The notes under the pieces are model-generated. The model did no database searches. It saw nothing but the letters and a program-made list of their open reading frames with translations, and was not told the origin of the DNA. 64,000 bases of DNA, from positions 672,001 through 736,000 of the forward strand of contig OY969763.1 of NCBI GenBank assembly GCA_963702845.1, in the 5' to 3' direction. Shown piece by piece: positions 10,901 to 23,212 of the stretch (positions within the stretch are counted from its first letter, which is position 1; every line of letters begins with the position of its first letter). This stretch comes from an uncultured Verrucomicrobiae bacterium. GTDB taxonomy: Bacteria > Verrucomicrobiota > Verrucomicrobiia > Limisphaerales > Palsa-1400. A program made the position numbers and the translations under genes.

Positions 10901-12644
10901 GCTGCCACTGGATTGAAAACAAATTTCTCGGTTGGCTTGATGTGGAATCCGCAACAGAAGTGGGACGGTGAACACGCGTTTCCTTCGCCGCGTTTTGCTT
11001 CGCCGAATTTTGATGAAGGAAAAACCAATCACCGCATTGCGCTGTTCCTTCCTTCAACTCCGGAGTTCGTTGCTAGAAAACAAGGACGAGGCGAAGACGC
11101 CGTTTGCCATAGCAGCAGGTAAATCGCTGCAATTGGAAGCGATGTTGGTGGTGGAGCAGGGGACGCCAATCGCAGTGTTGCGCAATTGGCTGGAGGAACG
11201 CGGCGGGTTGCCAAAACCAAATAATCCAGCGCGGAGCTTTCAACAGGAACTCGATTTGTGCCGAACTGGTTTTCTGAAAACAATGTGGAATGAACAGGCA
11301 CAGGGTTGGTCACATTGTATCGGTTGGGCGCCAGGAATCGATTCGCCGGGATACTGTTCGCTGTTGTGGATGGATTCGCAACTTTCCACCGAATGCCGAC
11401 GGTCGTGCTGCCTCACAATCGCGCGTCGATCTCGCCGCGAACAGAATGCTGAAGGAACAACGGAGCCGGCGTGTTTACTTGAGCCAAAACCGTTGTCACA
11501 TCATGCAATGGGAATTTCCATTTCTCTACGGCGACTTGCCTGAGGCGCTCCAAATTTCGACGAGCAGATCCGCCAAATAATCCATCGCAGCAGATCGAAT
11601 GGTCGCTTGGTTCGTTGAGCTCGGAAAAAAGCCGAACGAAAAAGCCTCGGGATTGGAAGGCGATTCGGTGCTCGGCACGTGCGCTGAATGCGAGCTGAAG
11701 CGTTGATGCGTTATGCGCGGATCACCGGTGATCGCGAAGCGCAGGCAGCAGGGGAACGAGCATTGGCGTTCATGGAATCATTCCGTGTGCCGCGCGGCGC
11801 ACAAGGTTGGGAATGCCCTGTTTATGAACCGGATATTTTAGCGCTGGTTACGCGGTGCGCGCGTATGACGAAGCGTTTCGCGCGACGGGAAATGATCGCT
11901 GGTTGCAGGACGCAGTGTATTGGGCCGAGACTGGTGTGCCATTTATATATCTATGGTCGTTGCCGGATCGCCCGATGATGCTCGGCGCGACGTTGCCTGT
12001 GTTCGGAAGCACGTTTTACACGCATTCAGCTGGCTGGCGATGCCGGTGCAATGGAATGGTCTGGTTTATTCCTATGCTGTGTCGCACTTGGCCGATGATT
12101 TAAAACAGCATGTGCTTTCGAAAACCAATTCGCCGCTGCCGATCCAATTGGATTTCACGCCGGAAATTGGAAACGCATTGTTCGAACTGATTACCGTCAG
12201 CGGCGAATACCAACAGTTTCCTGACGGCGAAAAGCCGGCGCGTATCCGGATAGCATTTCAGATTTCAAGACTCGCAATCAGCCATTCCTCAATCCCTGAG
12301 GACATTTTGGTCAATCGCCTCGCATTGAAGGTCAGGATCCGGACATTAAGACAGCACGAATCGATCACGCGCTTGTCAGTTCAGGCGCGACGATTGAGCG
12401 AGTTCAAGGAGACAACGTCATGGCATTAAGTTTGGTTTGAGATTCTTTGTCCGGTCAAAACAGTCATAGTTTTATGACTGGTTTCAGGCCAACGGAAATT
12501 GTCGTGAACGGCAAAAAACTTCCGGAAAGTGGCACGCCTATCAGACGCGAAACGGGCTGGTGGTGGGACCGCGTGCATCGTCGAGCCTATTTTACCGTGC
12601 CGCACGAACGTGCGGAGATGAAAATCGAAATCAAGCAGCAGTAG
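7887..12644 (+). CDS. Very large secreted multidomain protein: clan GH-A TIM barrel plus C-terminal alpha/alpha-toroid-like region; many frameshifts after 9540 (may be two genes)
   Basis: Signal peptide MKLINIF; GVNY, AYDLAWEP, and in shifted frames PFVWAEMG and FFWWYPGG. Later fragments ALMRYARITGD and AFRATGNDRWLQDAVYWAETG. Frames joined by eye. Confidence 0.6.
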
Positions 12645-12693
12645 AATAGAAACTGGCACTCGTTCGTCCATCCTATAGATTGAGTCGATTGTT

Positions 12694-14132
12694 ATGACCG
12701 AATGCCACATCCCAGCGCTGCGACGCGGACGGCCTTACGAAAGTTTGGATAAGTCCAATGTCGTCGATTGCCGTTCTGGCGCGGTGCTGGCGACGGTCAG
12801 CCAGGTCAACGCAGGAATCATTCGCAAAGACCTCGCGCGCGTTGCGGAGAGCCGGGCTGCGCTGAAGAAGTTTTCCGTCTCGCAACTCATCGAAATTTGC
12901 GCAAGGGCAGGGGAGCAGTTCGTCAATGGAACATTGCCGCTCGGCGACAACGGCGCAGACGCAATCGCCCACGCAATATCTCGAAACACTTTCTCCACTA
13001 GCGGCCTGCCGCATGTCATGGTCCGGCGCAACATGAACAAAATTCATCAAGCGCTGACCAACATGGCCAAGGTGCTCAATGGTCTGACGCGCGGGCTTGA
13101 CCTTTCGATTTTGGACAAGGGTATTGGTGAACAGAATGGCGCCCGCGTCTGTTATTATGCCGCCACGAGAGCCTTGGCCTTGTTATGCCGAGCAATTCGC
13201 CCGCGGTGAATTCGCTGTGGCTGCCTGCGATTCCGTTGAAAATTCCAGTCATCATCAAACCCGGACAAAGACGAACCTTGGACGCCGTATCGTTTGATTC
13301 AGGCGTTCATTGCCGCGGGATGTCCCGCGGAAGCGTTTGGCTTTTATCCGACCGACCACGAAGGCGCGGGTGAAATTCTGCGTTCCTGCGGTCGCGCGTT
13401 GATCTTTGGTGACAAATCGACGACGTCCCAATACGCCAACAATCCGGCGATTCAGATTCACGGGCCCGGCTACAGCAAAATTCTGATCGCCGATGACGAA
13501 ATCGAACGTTGGCCCGAATTCATCGACGTGATCGTTGCTGCGATTTCCGACAATGGTGGACGCAGTTGCATCAATGCCTCGACCGTTGTTGTTCCGAAGC
13601 ATGGCGCGGAAATCGCCGAAGCTTTGGCGAAAAAACTTGGATCCGATTGCGCCGACCTCGCCCGAAGATGAGAACGCGAGGCTCTCCGGTTTTGCAAACG
13701 TCAAAATGGCCGATTACATCGACGCGGCAATTGAAGAAGGATTGCAAACGCCGGGCGCAACGGAAGTGACTGCCAAGTATCGCAACGGCCCGCGGAAAGT
13801 GCAATTCCAAGGCGCAACGTATTTGCGACCGACGATTGTCTTGTGCGATTCGTTTGCGCATCCATTGGCCAATCGCGAATTTCTGTTTCCCTACGCAAGC
13901 GTGGTCGAAGTGCCGCAATCGGAAATGCTCAAACAAATCGGGCCTTCGCTTGCCGTGACGCTCATCACCAAAAATCCCGGAGCTCATCGCGCAAGCCGTC
14001 GAATGCCCATTGATCGATCGTCTGAACATCGGCCCGATTTCCACGATGAACGTTTCCTGGGACCAGCCGCACGAAGGCAACATGTTCGAGTTTCTCTACA
14101 AGCGGCGCTCGTTAGAAATGTCGCCCGCATGA
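12694..14132 (+). CDS. Aldehyde dehydrogenase superfamily protein (LuxC/acyl-CoA-reductase-like); about 4 frameshifts
   Basis: Fragments MPSNSPAVN, IIKPG, IHGPGYSK, catalytic GGRSCINAS and EFLFPYASVV. Ends ...YKRRSLEMSPA*, with TGA overlapping the next ATG. Confidence 0.75.
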
Positions 14133-15277
14133 TCGCCCCCTTCGATTACCAGCCGCGCACGCGCATTGTCTTTGGGGTTGGCAGCATCGATCGCTGCGGC
14201 GAACTCAGTGCGGAACTTGGCGCGCGGAAAATTTTGGTTGTGACCGATCCAGGAGTGGTAAAAGCCGGGCATCTCGATCAACTTTTCAACTCCCTTTCAG
14301 CCGCGAAAATTCAATCTGTGGTGTTCGACGGAGTGCGCGAAAACCCGACAACGCGCGATGTTGACGCCTGTCTGCAATTGGCGAAGGCGCAGACAGTCGA
14401 TATGCTCATCGGCCTCGGCGGCGGCAGTAGTCTCGATACCGCCAAAGGTTGTAACTTTCTTCTCACTAATGGCGGTCGGATGCAGGACTATTGGGGCTTG
14501 GAAAAGGCAACCAAACCAATGCTGCCGTTTATCGCAATCCCCACAACCGCCGGCACGGGTAGCGAATGCCAGTCGGTCGCGCTGATTGCCGATGAAAAAA
14601 CGCATGCCAAGATGGCCTGCGGAGATCATAAGGCTGCCGCGCGCATCGCGATTCTCGACCCGGCATTAACAATTTCGCAGCCCGCACGCGTGACGGCTTG
14701 CACCGGCATCGATGCCCTGTCGCATGCGCTCGAATCGGCTGTGACGCGCAAACGAACTTCGCTCTCGCTCGCCTTTTCGCGCGAAGCGTTTCGTTTATGT
14801 GCAGAAAGTTTGCCGAGGATTTTTCGCAATCCGAAAGATATCGAAGCGCGTGCAAATATGCTGCTTGGTGCGGCGTTCGCCGGAATCGCGATTGAAAACA
14901 GCATGCTCGGTGCGGCGCATTCAGGAGCGAATCCATTGACGGCTCATTTCAACGTCATCCATGGACAAGCTGTCGGGATGATATTGCCGGCGATTGTGCA
15001 GTTTAATTCTGCCGACGCGCCAGCGCGTGAGATTTATCAGCAACTGCAACTGCCGGATGGAGCGAACTCCTTGGTGGATTGGCTCAAAGACATTTTGGAT
15101 ATAGCGGGCATGCCGAAGTCGCTGGCTGATTGCGGAGTGGATAGTTCAGCTATTCCAATGTTGTCGGCAGAAGCGGCGAAGCAATGGACTGCGGCATTCA
15201 ATCCGAGAACGATTGCTGCAGCTGACTTTGTGAAGCTCTACGAACAGGCGTTCAGCGCGCGCTGCCGAAGTGTTTAA
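14129..15277 (+). CDS. Iron-containing alcohol dehydrogenase
   Basis: Starts MIAPFDYQPRTRIVFG; GGGSSLDTAK, PTTAGTGSE, DALSHALE, AAHSGANPL and HG metal ligands. Confidence 0.92.
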   Translation: MIAPFDYQPRTRIVFGVGSIDRCGELSAELGARKILVVTDPGVVKAGHLDQLFNSLSAAKIQSVVFDGVRENPTTRDVDACLQLAKAQTVDMLIGLGGGSSLDTAKGCNFLLTNGGRMQDYWGLEKATKPMLPFIAIPTTAGTGSECQSVALIADEKTHAKMACGDHKAAARIAILDPALTISQPARVTACTGIDALSHALESAVTRKRTSLSLAFSREAFRLCAESLPRIFRNPKDIEARANMLLGAAFAGIAIENSMLGAAHSGANPLTAHFNVIHGQAVGMILPAIVQFNSADAPAREIYQQLQLPDGANSLVDWLKDILDIAGMPKSLADCGVDSSAIPMLSAEAAKQWTAAFNPRTIAAADFVKLYEQAFSARCRSV

Positions 15278-15931
15278 GAAAGGTATTGAGGCCCTCGTAA
15301 AGTGACGTCGGCGTCTTTAATATTACTAACGAGTGCGTCCTTGGACTGAAGTCTTAGATAAACGCCGAAACCCGGTCCCCAGGCACGACCATTCATCACA
15401 CAAGCATCCGTTTTGTTGTCATCCAATTGGCGCAACGCTTTCTCCTGAACCGATTTTTGATCGCCGTCCAATTCGTACTTCCAGCCGACGATGCAGGCGT
15501 TTGGAAACCATTGCGCGCAGATTACCAATGATCTTTGCCGTCGGAACCAACTCTGCGAGCATCGTGCCGTCGCGCGTGGAAATTTTTGCGGATTTAATTT
15601 CGATCAGCTCGCCTTTTTCATCCCGCGTCCATGTTTTGCCGAGTTTGAAATCGCTGACGGCCGCAGCGTGAAAAACGGCGTTGATTGTGGGAGACGCTAA
15701 ATTCTCCAAACGATCGCAGAGATTCTGCGTGCTGGTGAAGCGTTGGATTTTCTTTGCCTTCTGTTCCCCGCACCACGTGGCCGATTCGCCAAGTAGAAGT
15801 TCGACTTCGTGACCGCGTTCAGTGAGGAAATTCGCCAGTTCAGAACCGAGCTTGCCTGTGGAAAAATTCGTCAGCCGTCGCACTTCGTCGAGCGGCTCGT
15901 AAGTCGGACCAGCTGTGATGATGCAGTGCAT
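15274..15931 (-). CDS. coaB: Stand-alone phosphopantothenate--cysteine ligase (CoaB/Dfp C-terminal domain); frameshift near 15510
   Basis: IITAGPTYEPLDEVRRLTNFSTGKLG, HAAAVSDF, then IVGWKYE in the adjacent frame. Confidence 0.8.
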
Positions 15932-15972
15932 AGTGCGCCAACAAGAACGGCGCGCGGAGCGACGCGCCCTGC

Positions 15973-16473
15973 CTAACCGCCAAATTGCAGCCGCGGATCT
16001 TCCTTCAACATATCGTCGAGGTTTTTCCACTGAATTTCGTTCATCGAATCGAACGCATTCAGATAAACGGCAACTTCCTCCGGCGCATACTTGGCCAAAA
16101 GTTTGTCGACAGCAGCCTTCAGTTTGTCATCGGGAACGCTTGGCGGTAGTTCGTCGACAGCGCCTTCCTTATGCGCGATCCCAAGCGCGTCGAGAAAATC
16201 GACAAGCATGTCCTTCTTATGCTTCATCAGCCAATTGCGGATGAGATTCGCAGCAGCCAGTTCCAGGCGCGGCTTCGCAAGCATCGCGATCATATCCGTG
16301 TGACGTGTCGCGCGCGGCATGCGTTCGAAAAATTGTGGGCGAAGTTTTTTTGAATCCGCGACGGCGGCCATGGTGGCGCGATAAGTGTCGCGGTCAGTTT
16401 CATACGCCTTCTCCAAAATACCCGACGCCAGCGCGGGCGACATAAATCCAAAAAGTTCGTGAGACGTCAGCAT
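15973..16473 (-). CDS. Hypothetical helical protein
   Basis: 166-aa ORF with typical codon usage; FLDALGIAHKEG. Function not recognised. Confidence 0.75.
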   Translation of the reverse strand: MLTSHELFGFMSPALASGILEKAYETDRDTYRATMAAVADSKKLRPQFFERMPRATRHTDMIAMLAKPRLELAAANLIRNWLMKHKKDMLVDFLDALGIAHKEGAVDELPPSVPDDKLKAAVDKLLAKYAPEEVAVYLNAFDSMNEIQWKNLDDMLKEDPRLQFGG

Positions 16474-16552
16474 ATACAGCGTGGTTAACCTAGCGAACGG
16501 AAGCTGAAACGCAATAATGAATGGGACAACGGAGGATCACTTCGGCCGTTTC

Positions 16553-18489
<1,937 letters not shown>

Positions 18490-18549
18490 TCATAAAACCC
18501 GAGCGCCTCGAAACAAGCTCAAACGATTTTGCGTTTCATCAAACATTCT

Positions 18550-18577
18550 TTGACACCGGCTGCGGTCGTTCCATGAT
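18550..18577 (+). promoter_or_regulatory. sigma70-type promoter, likely leaderless transcript
   Basis: TTGACA, 16-nt spacer, CATGAT, then 6 nt to the GTG start at 18584. Confidence 0.55.
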
Positions 18578-18583
18578 GCCCGC

Positions 18584-19699
18584 GTGAGATGTCGACTGTT
18601 TTTGTTGCTATTGCTCGCGCCACTGTTTGTCTCCTGTCAAACCGGACTGAAACACTCCGTGACCATGGACCGTGTCGTGGTTTCGCCGGATGGCCACGGC
18701 CTCATTCTCGCGCGATCGCGCGAACCATTTCATCCGTGGGGGTTCAATTACGGTAATCGCGGACGTTTGATGGAGGATTTCTGGAACAAAGATTGGAAGG
18801 TGCTTGCTGCCGATTTTCGAAAGATGAAATCTATGGGCGCAAACGTCGTGCGCGTCCATTTGCAGTTTGGCAAATTCATGCTCGGGCGGAACACGCCCAA
18901 CTACGCCGAGCTTCGCCAATACACCCGACTGCTTAAACTAGCCGAGGACACGGGAATTTATTTAGACGTCACCGGCCTCGGCTGTTATCGCCCGTCGGAC
19001 GTTCCGGAATGGTATGACAACTTCGACACCCGCACGCGCTGGGACGCGCAGGCCAACTTCTGGCGGGCCATTGCCAGCGCTGGAGCAGCAAGCCCGGCGA
19101 TTTTCTGTTACGACTTGATGAACGAACCGTTCGTTCCGGGCGGTCCGCGCAAAAGAGGGGAGTGGCGTTCCGGCAGTTTGCTCGGTGGCTACGATTTCGT
19201 GCAATTCATCGCTCTAAATACTAACAAATATTCGCGTGAAGAAGTAGCGCGCGCCTGGATCGGTTTTCAACGCGCTGCTATTCGCGAGAACGACACCAAC
19301 ACGCTCATTACCGTTGGCATGTTGCCGTGGTCGGAGCAATGGCATTTCCTTTCCGGATTCGACCCTCACAAATGTGCAGACCAACTCGATTTCGTCAGCG
19401 TACACATTTATCCGGACAAGAAGATTCCGGCGGAAGCTATCGAGTGTGCGCGCGAATTTGCGGTCGGCAAGCCGCTGGTCATTGAAGAAACCTTTCCGCT
19501 TTCGTGCGACTCCCCACAGCTCGAAAAATTTCTCTTCGATTCACGCGAATACGCAACCGGTTGGGTCGGCCATTACGACGGCGATTCGTTGGCTGAATTA
19601 GACGCGCTCAATCGTCGGCACAAACTGACGATTAGCCAGGCGATCTACCGTTCGTGGATGCAACTTTTCGTCAAACTGCGTCCGCAGTTCTCGCCCTAG
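18584..19699 (+). CDS. GH5-like (clan GH-A) glycoside hydrolase, probable lipoprotein
   Basis: FVSC lipobox-like; WGFNY, ANVVRVH, YDLMNEP, VSVHIYP and KPLVIEE. Confidence 0.82.
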   Translation: MRCRLFLLLLLAPLFVSCQTGLKHSVTMDRVVVSPDGHGLILARSREPFHPWGFNYGNRGRLMEDFWNKDWKVLAADFRKMKSMGANVVRVHLQFGKFMLGRNTPNYAELRQYTRLLKLAEDTGIYLDVTGLGCYRPSDVPEWYDNFDTRTRWDAQANFWRAIASAGAASPAIFCYDLMNEPFVPGGPRKRGEWRSGSLLGGYDFVQFIALNTNKYSREEVARAWIGFQRAAIRENDTNTLITVGMLPWSEQWHFLSGFDPHKCADQLDFVSVHIYPDKKIPAEAIECAREFAVGKPLVIEETFPLSCDSPQLEKFLFDSREYATGWVGHYDGDSLAELDALNRRHKLTISQAIYRSWMQLFVKLRPQFSP

Positions 19700-20666
19700 G
19701 AATTCTTGTGCAGGTTAATCTGCGCGAGCACTTTGCACATCGCCTCAAGCCTCGGTGTCGCGATGCCAGCCTTTCGTGCCTGACGCAACGGTTCGAAAAA
19801 TAGCGAATCCAATTCAAGTTCCTGGCCACGTTCAAAATCGATTAAGGTCGAAGCGCGATAATCTGCCATCTCAAGAGTGCGATCGATTTGTTTCTGCGCA
19901 GCGGAATCCTTTATCGCCAAACCAAGCGCTTGCGCCGCGCGAATGGTTTCCTCCATCAACTCGCGCACGAGCTTCGCCCAACGCGCGTCAGTCAGCAAAA
20001 TGTCAGTCGTGAGACAAGGGGTCAGCTTTTTACTGGGATCAACTTTCCCACTGTTCACCGCGTCGTAACCCGCTGTGCCGGCGACTCCAAGGCCGTTGAA
20101 AGGAACATTCCACACCAACTTTTCCCAGTGCGCCTGTTCCAGAACGTCCGTGACTTTGCACGGCACGCCCGATTGCTGAATCGCTTCGGCAATGGCGTGT
20201 GTCCGCGGCAGCGCCGGACCAGCGAATTCGCCCATCATAATCGTGCCATGCGCGATGTGCTGAATTTTTCCAGGAGCGATGCGGTTCAGACAGACAAAGC
20301 ACAACCCGCCCAACACCTTCTCTTTGCCGAACAAGGCCGCCAACTGCGCCTCATTTCCCAAACCATTTTGCAAAGTAAGCACGGCGGTCGATGGCCCGAC
20401 CAGCGGCGATACCAATTCCGAAAAATGCCCGTTAGCCGTCGTCTTCAACCCAATCACTACGAGGTCTACGACCCCAATCTCCTTCGGATCCGCGCACATT
20501 TCGGCCTCGTTGTAAAATCGCCTTCCGCAGTAAAAACCTGCACCCCATGTGCTTGCACGGCATTATAATCCGATCGCAACAAGAAAAGGACATCATGTCC
20601 GGCTGCGCAAAGGCGCGCTCCGTAATAGCTACCAACTGCCCCACAACCAACAACGGCAATCTTCAT
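19696..20666 (-). CDS. panE: 2-dehydropantoate 2-reductase; frameshift near 20497
   Basis: MKIAVVGCGAVGSYYG joins LTLQNGLGNE, WEKLVWNVPFNG and STLID...ELE. Confidence 0.88.
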
Positions 20667-20717
20667 TCAGATTCAAAATGCCACATATAGAGTTTGTCCT
20701 ACAAGTCGCTACTGGGG

Positions 20718-20735
20718 GTGGCATGACCCGTGCTA
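20718..20735 (+). promoter_or_regulatory. sigma54 (-24/-12) promoter candidate
   Basis: GTGGCATGACCCGTGCTA: GG (20720-21), N10, GC (20732-33), about 30 nt upstream of ATG 20764. Confidence 0.55.
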
Positions 20736-20763
20736 AGTCATTCTCAAGAAAACAAAAAAGGTT

Positions 20764-21039
20764 ATGCGCTTCAAATTCGAACTCGGCGAAATGGAAAAAC
20801 ACGTCATCGAATATGAGTTCAACCAGTGGTTCGGAAAGCTGACGATTAAAGTCGATCACAAACTCGTGGAGCAATCGACGAGGCTTTTCTCCGAGCCGGT
20901 GCGTCAGGATTTTACGATTACTGTCGGTGTGAACGAGAAATACACCGTGCGCATCGAGAAACAACGCAAGAAACTTTATGGGCAACTCAATCGAGTGTTT
21001 GTTAACAACCGATTGACGCAGTTATATCAGGGGATTTGA
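20764..21039 (+). CDS. Small hypothetical beta-rich protein
   Basis: 91 aa with an AAGG SD. Internal two-fold repeat GEMEKHVIEY / GVNEKYTVRI. Confidence 0.7.
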   Translation: MRFKFELGEMEKHVIEYEFNQWFGKLTIKVDHKLVEQSTRLFSEPVRQDFTITVGVNEKYTVRIEKQRKKLYGQLNRVFVNNRLTQLYQGI

Positions 21040-21095
21040 TCTCTTCCTGGCGGGGGGCTGCTTTTCTTGGTTAGCGGACCCTCGCCCCTCCTTTT

Positions 21096-21127
21096 TCCGG
21101 AACGGCCACCCGTTCCGGATTTTTTTT
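21096..21127 (+). terminator. Rho-independent terminator
   Basis: TCCGGAACGG-CCAC-CCGTTCCGGA followed by T8. Confidence 0.85.
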
Positions 21128-21172
21128 GTCGATTTAGCGTAATCGACAGCTGATATTTCCCGTCAAAGCATT

Positions 21173-23080
21173 ATGGCCATCCGTCTTTTCATCGCGCTCA
21201 TCGTCTGCATTCGATTCGCCGCCTTCGCGTCCTTCCGCGACACCTCCGTCCTCGTCGAAGCCGAATCGATGTCGCATCTGGGCGGTTGGATGATCGACCC
21301 GCAATTCATGGATCAAATGGGCTCGCCCTATCTGCTCGCACACGGTCTCGGCAAACCCGTTGCTGATGCCTCAACGACAGTTCAATTTCCGAAGCCCGGC
21401 ACTTACCACGTATTCGTCCGCACCAAAGATTGGGTTGCACAATGGAAAGCTCCCGGCACGCCTGGTCGGTTCCAACTTCTCATCGATGGCAAACCACTTA
21501 AGACAACCTTCGGCACCGAAGGTGCTGAATGGCACTGGCAGCCCGGCGGCACGGTCAAAGTCGGTTCCGATCACAAACTCAATATTGCTCTCCACGACCT
21601 CACCGGTTTCGAAGGCCGTTGTGACGCCATCCTTTTTACAACCGAAAAGAAACTCACGCCGCCGAATCAAGGCGAAGCCATGGCCGACTTCCGTCGCGAA
21701 CTGCTCGGCTTTCCAAAAGAACCTGAAGCCGTCGGCACTTACGATTTTGTTGTTGTGGGCGGTGGCATGTCCGGCACCTGTGCCAGCATCGCCGCTGCGC
21801 GTCTCGGCATGAAGGTCGCCCTCATTCAGGACCGCCCCGTTCTCGGCGGCAACAACAGCTCCGAAGTTCGCGTCTGGCTCCAGGGCGCGCGCACGAAAGA
21901 ACCTTGGCCGCGCATCGGCGACATTGTGGCCGAACTCGAGCACACCAATCGCGCCCATTACGGCCCCAGCAACACCGCCCAACTTTACGAGGACGAAAAG
22001 AAAATGAGCGTCGCTTCTGGCGAATCAAACTTGACCATCTACATCGAACACCGCGCCAACGAAGTCATCACGAATAACTCGACCATCAAAGCGATTATTG
22101 CAGAGGACACTCGCACCGGCCGCCGCATTCGCATCAACGGACGTTGGTTCGCTGATTGCACAGGCGACGCCGTCATCGGCGCGCTCGCTGGCGCAGAATT
22201 CGAACTCCAAGCCGAAGGCCGCATGGGACAATGCAATCTGTGGAACGTCTGCGAATGCAAAGACACCAACGCCATCAACGTCGCCGCCATCGAAGACAAC
22301 ACTCCCAAGCCATTTCCGCGCTGTCCGTGGGCACTCGACCTTTCCAAAAGTCCCTTTCCGGGCCGCAGCAAAACCAAACCGAATATCAATCAACTCGGGG
22401 GCTGGTATTGGGAAAGCGGTTTTGATCGCAATCCGATCACAGAAATGGAATACATCCGCGACTGGAATTTTCGCGCGATGTACGGCGCATGGGACGCGAT
22501 GAAAAACGTCGACCACGTCCTGCCGAATCACTCGCTCAACTGGGCCGCCTACATCATTGGCAAGCGCGAGTCGCGCCGTCTCCTCGGCGACCTCGTCCTG
22601 ACCGTTGACGACCTCAAATACGGCAAAAAATATCCCGACGGCTGCGTGCCGAGTGGTTGGAAAATCGACGTGCATATTCCGAATGCTAAATTCGACAAAG
22701 GCTTCGAAGGTGATGCGTTTATTTCCAAAGCTGAGTATGGCCTTTATCCAATGCCTTATTGGGTCCCTTACCGCTGCCTCTATTCCCGCAATATCACCAA
22801 CCTCTTTATGGCTGGTCGGGACATCAGCGTCACCCACGAAGCTCTCGGCGCCGTTCGGGTTATGCGGACCTGCGGCTGCATGGGCGAAGTCATCGGTATG
22901 GCTGCCAGCATTTGCAAAAAACACGAAGCCAACCCGCGCGATGTCTATGCTAGTTACCTGAAGGAATTGCAGGACGTCATGCGGAAGGGCGCCGGCAAAA
23001 AACCGGCTGACCCTCACTACGAGAACCAGGGCGAACCTGAACTCGTCGCGGAAAAGCCTAAAAAATCCGCAACTCACTAG
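21173..23080 (+). CDS. Secreted FAD-dependent oxidoreductase with N-terminal beta-sandwich domain
   Basis: Signal peptide; VVVGGGMSG, LGGNNSSE, ADCTGDA, KRESRRLLGD and VPYRCLYSRNITNLFMAGRDIS. Confidence 0.88.
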   Translation: MAIRLFIALIVCIRFAAFASFRDTSVLVEAESMSHLGGWMIDPQFMDQMGSPYLLAHGLGKPVADASTTVQFPKPGTYHVFVRTKDWVAQWKAPGTPGRFQLLIDGKPLKTTFGTEGAEWHWQPGGTVKVGSDHKLNIALHDLTGFEGRCDAILFTTEKKLTPPNQGEAMADFRRELLGFPKEPEAVGTYDFVVVGGGMSGTCASIAAARLGMKVALIQDRPVLGGNNSSEVRVWLQGARTKEPWPRIGDIVAELEHTNRAHYGPSNTAQLYEDEKKMSVASGESNLTIYIEHRANEVITNNSTIKAIIAEDTRTGRRIRINGRWFADCTGDAVIGALAGAEFELQAEGRMGQCNLWNVCECKDTNAINVAAIEDNTPKPFPRCPWALDLSKSPFPGRSKTKPNINQLGGWYWESGFDRNPITEMEYIRDWNFRAMYGAWDAMKNVDHVLPNHSLNWAAYIIGKRESRRLLGDLVLTVDDLKYGKKYPDGCVPSGWKIDVHIPNAKFDKGFEGDAFISKAEYGLYPMPYWVPYRCLYSRNITNLFMAGRDISVTHEALGAVRVMRTCGCMGEVIGMAASICKKHEANPRDVYASYLKELQDVMRKGAGKKPADPHYENQGEPELVAEKPKKSATH

Positions 23081-23212
23081 TCGGTCGTCCTGCCTTTATC
23101 TTACTCGCGAACGGAAAATCTCCGACATTTCCGTTCGCACTTCGACGGTCAAAAGTAACGGGTCGCGCGCCATATACGGCTTTTAGTTGTCACGGTAAAA
23201 AGACTGGCAACT

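Noticed and set aside
13535..15277. 580-aa ORF suggesting an AdhE-like ALDH-ADH fusion
   Set aside because: Residues between about 13985 and 14128 are off-frame nonsense. The real ALDH C-terminus (LNIGPISTMNVSWDQPHEGNMFEFLYKRRS) is in another frame and stops at 14132, overlapping the ADH ATG.
22025..23077. Long antisense ORFs (also 43036-44187, 38668-39585, 6716-7552)
   Set aside because: They lie opposite well-supported genes and have no motifs. Such ORFs are expected from codon bias in GC-rich DNA.
23107..23138. 11-bp hairpin GCGAACGGAAA/TTTCCGTTCGC as an ncRNA
   Set aside because: It sits right after a stop codon, lacks further structure, and is adequately explained as a weak terminator or 3' stabiliser.
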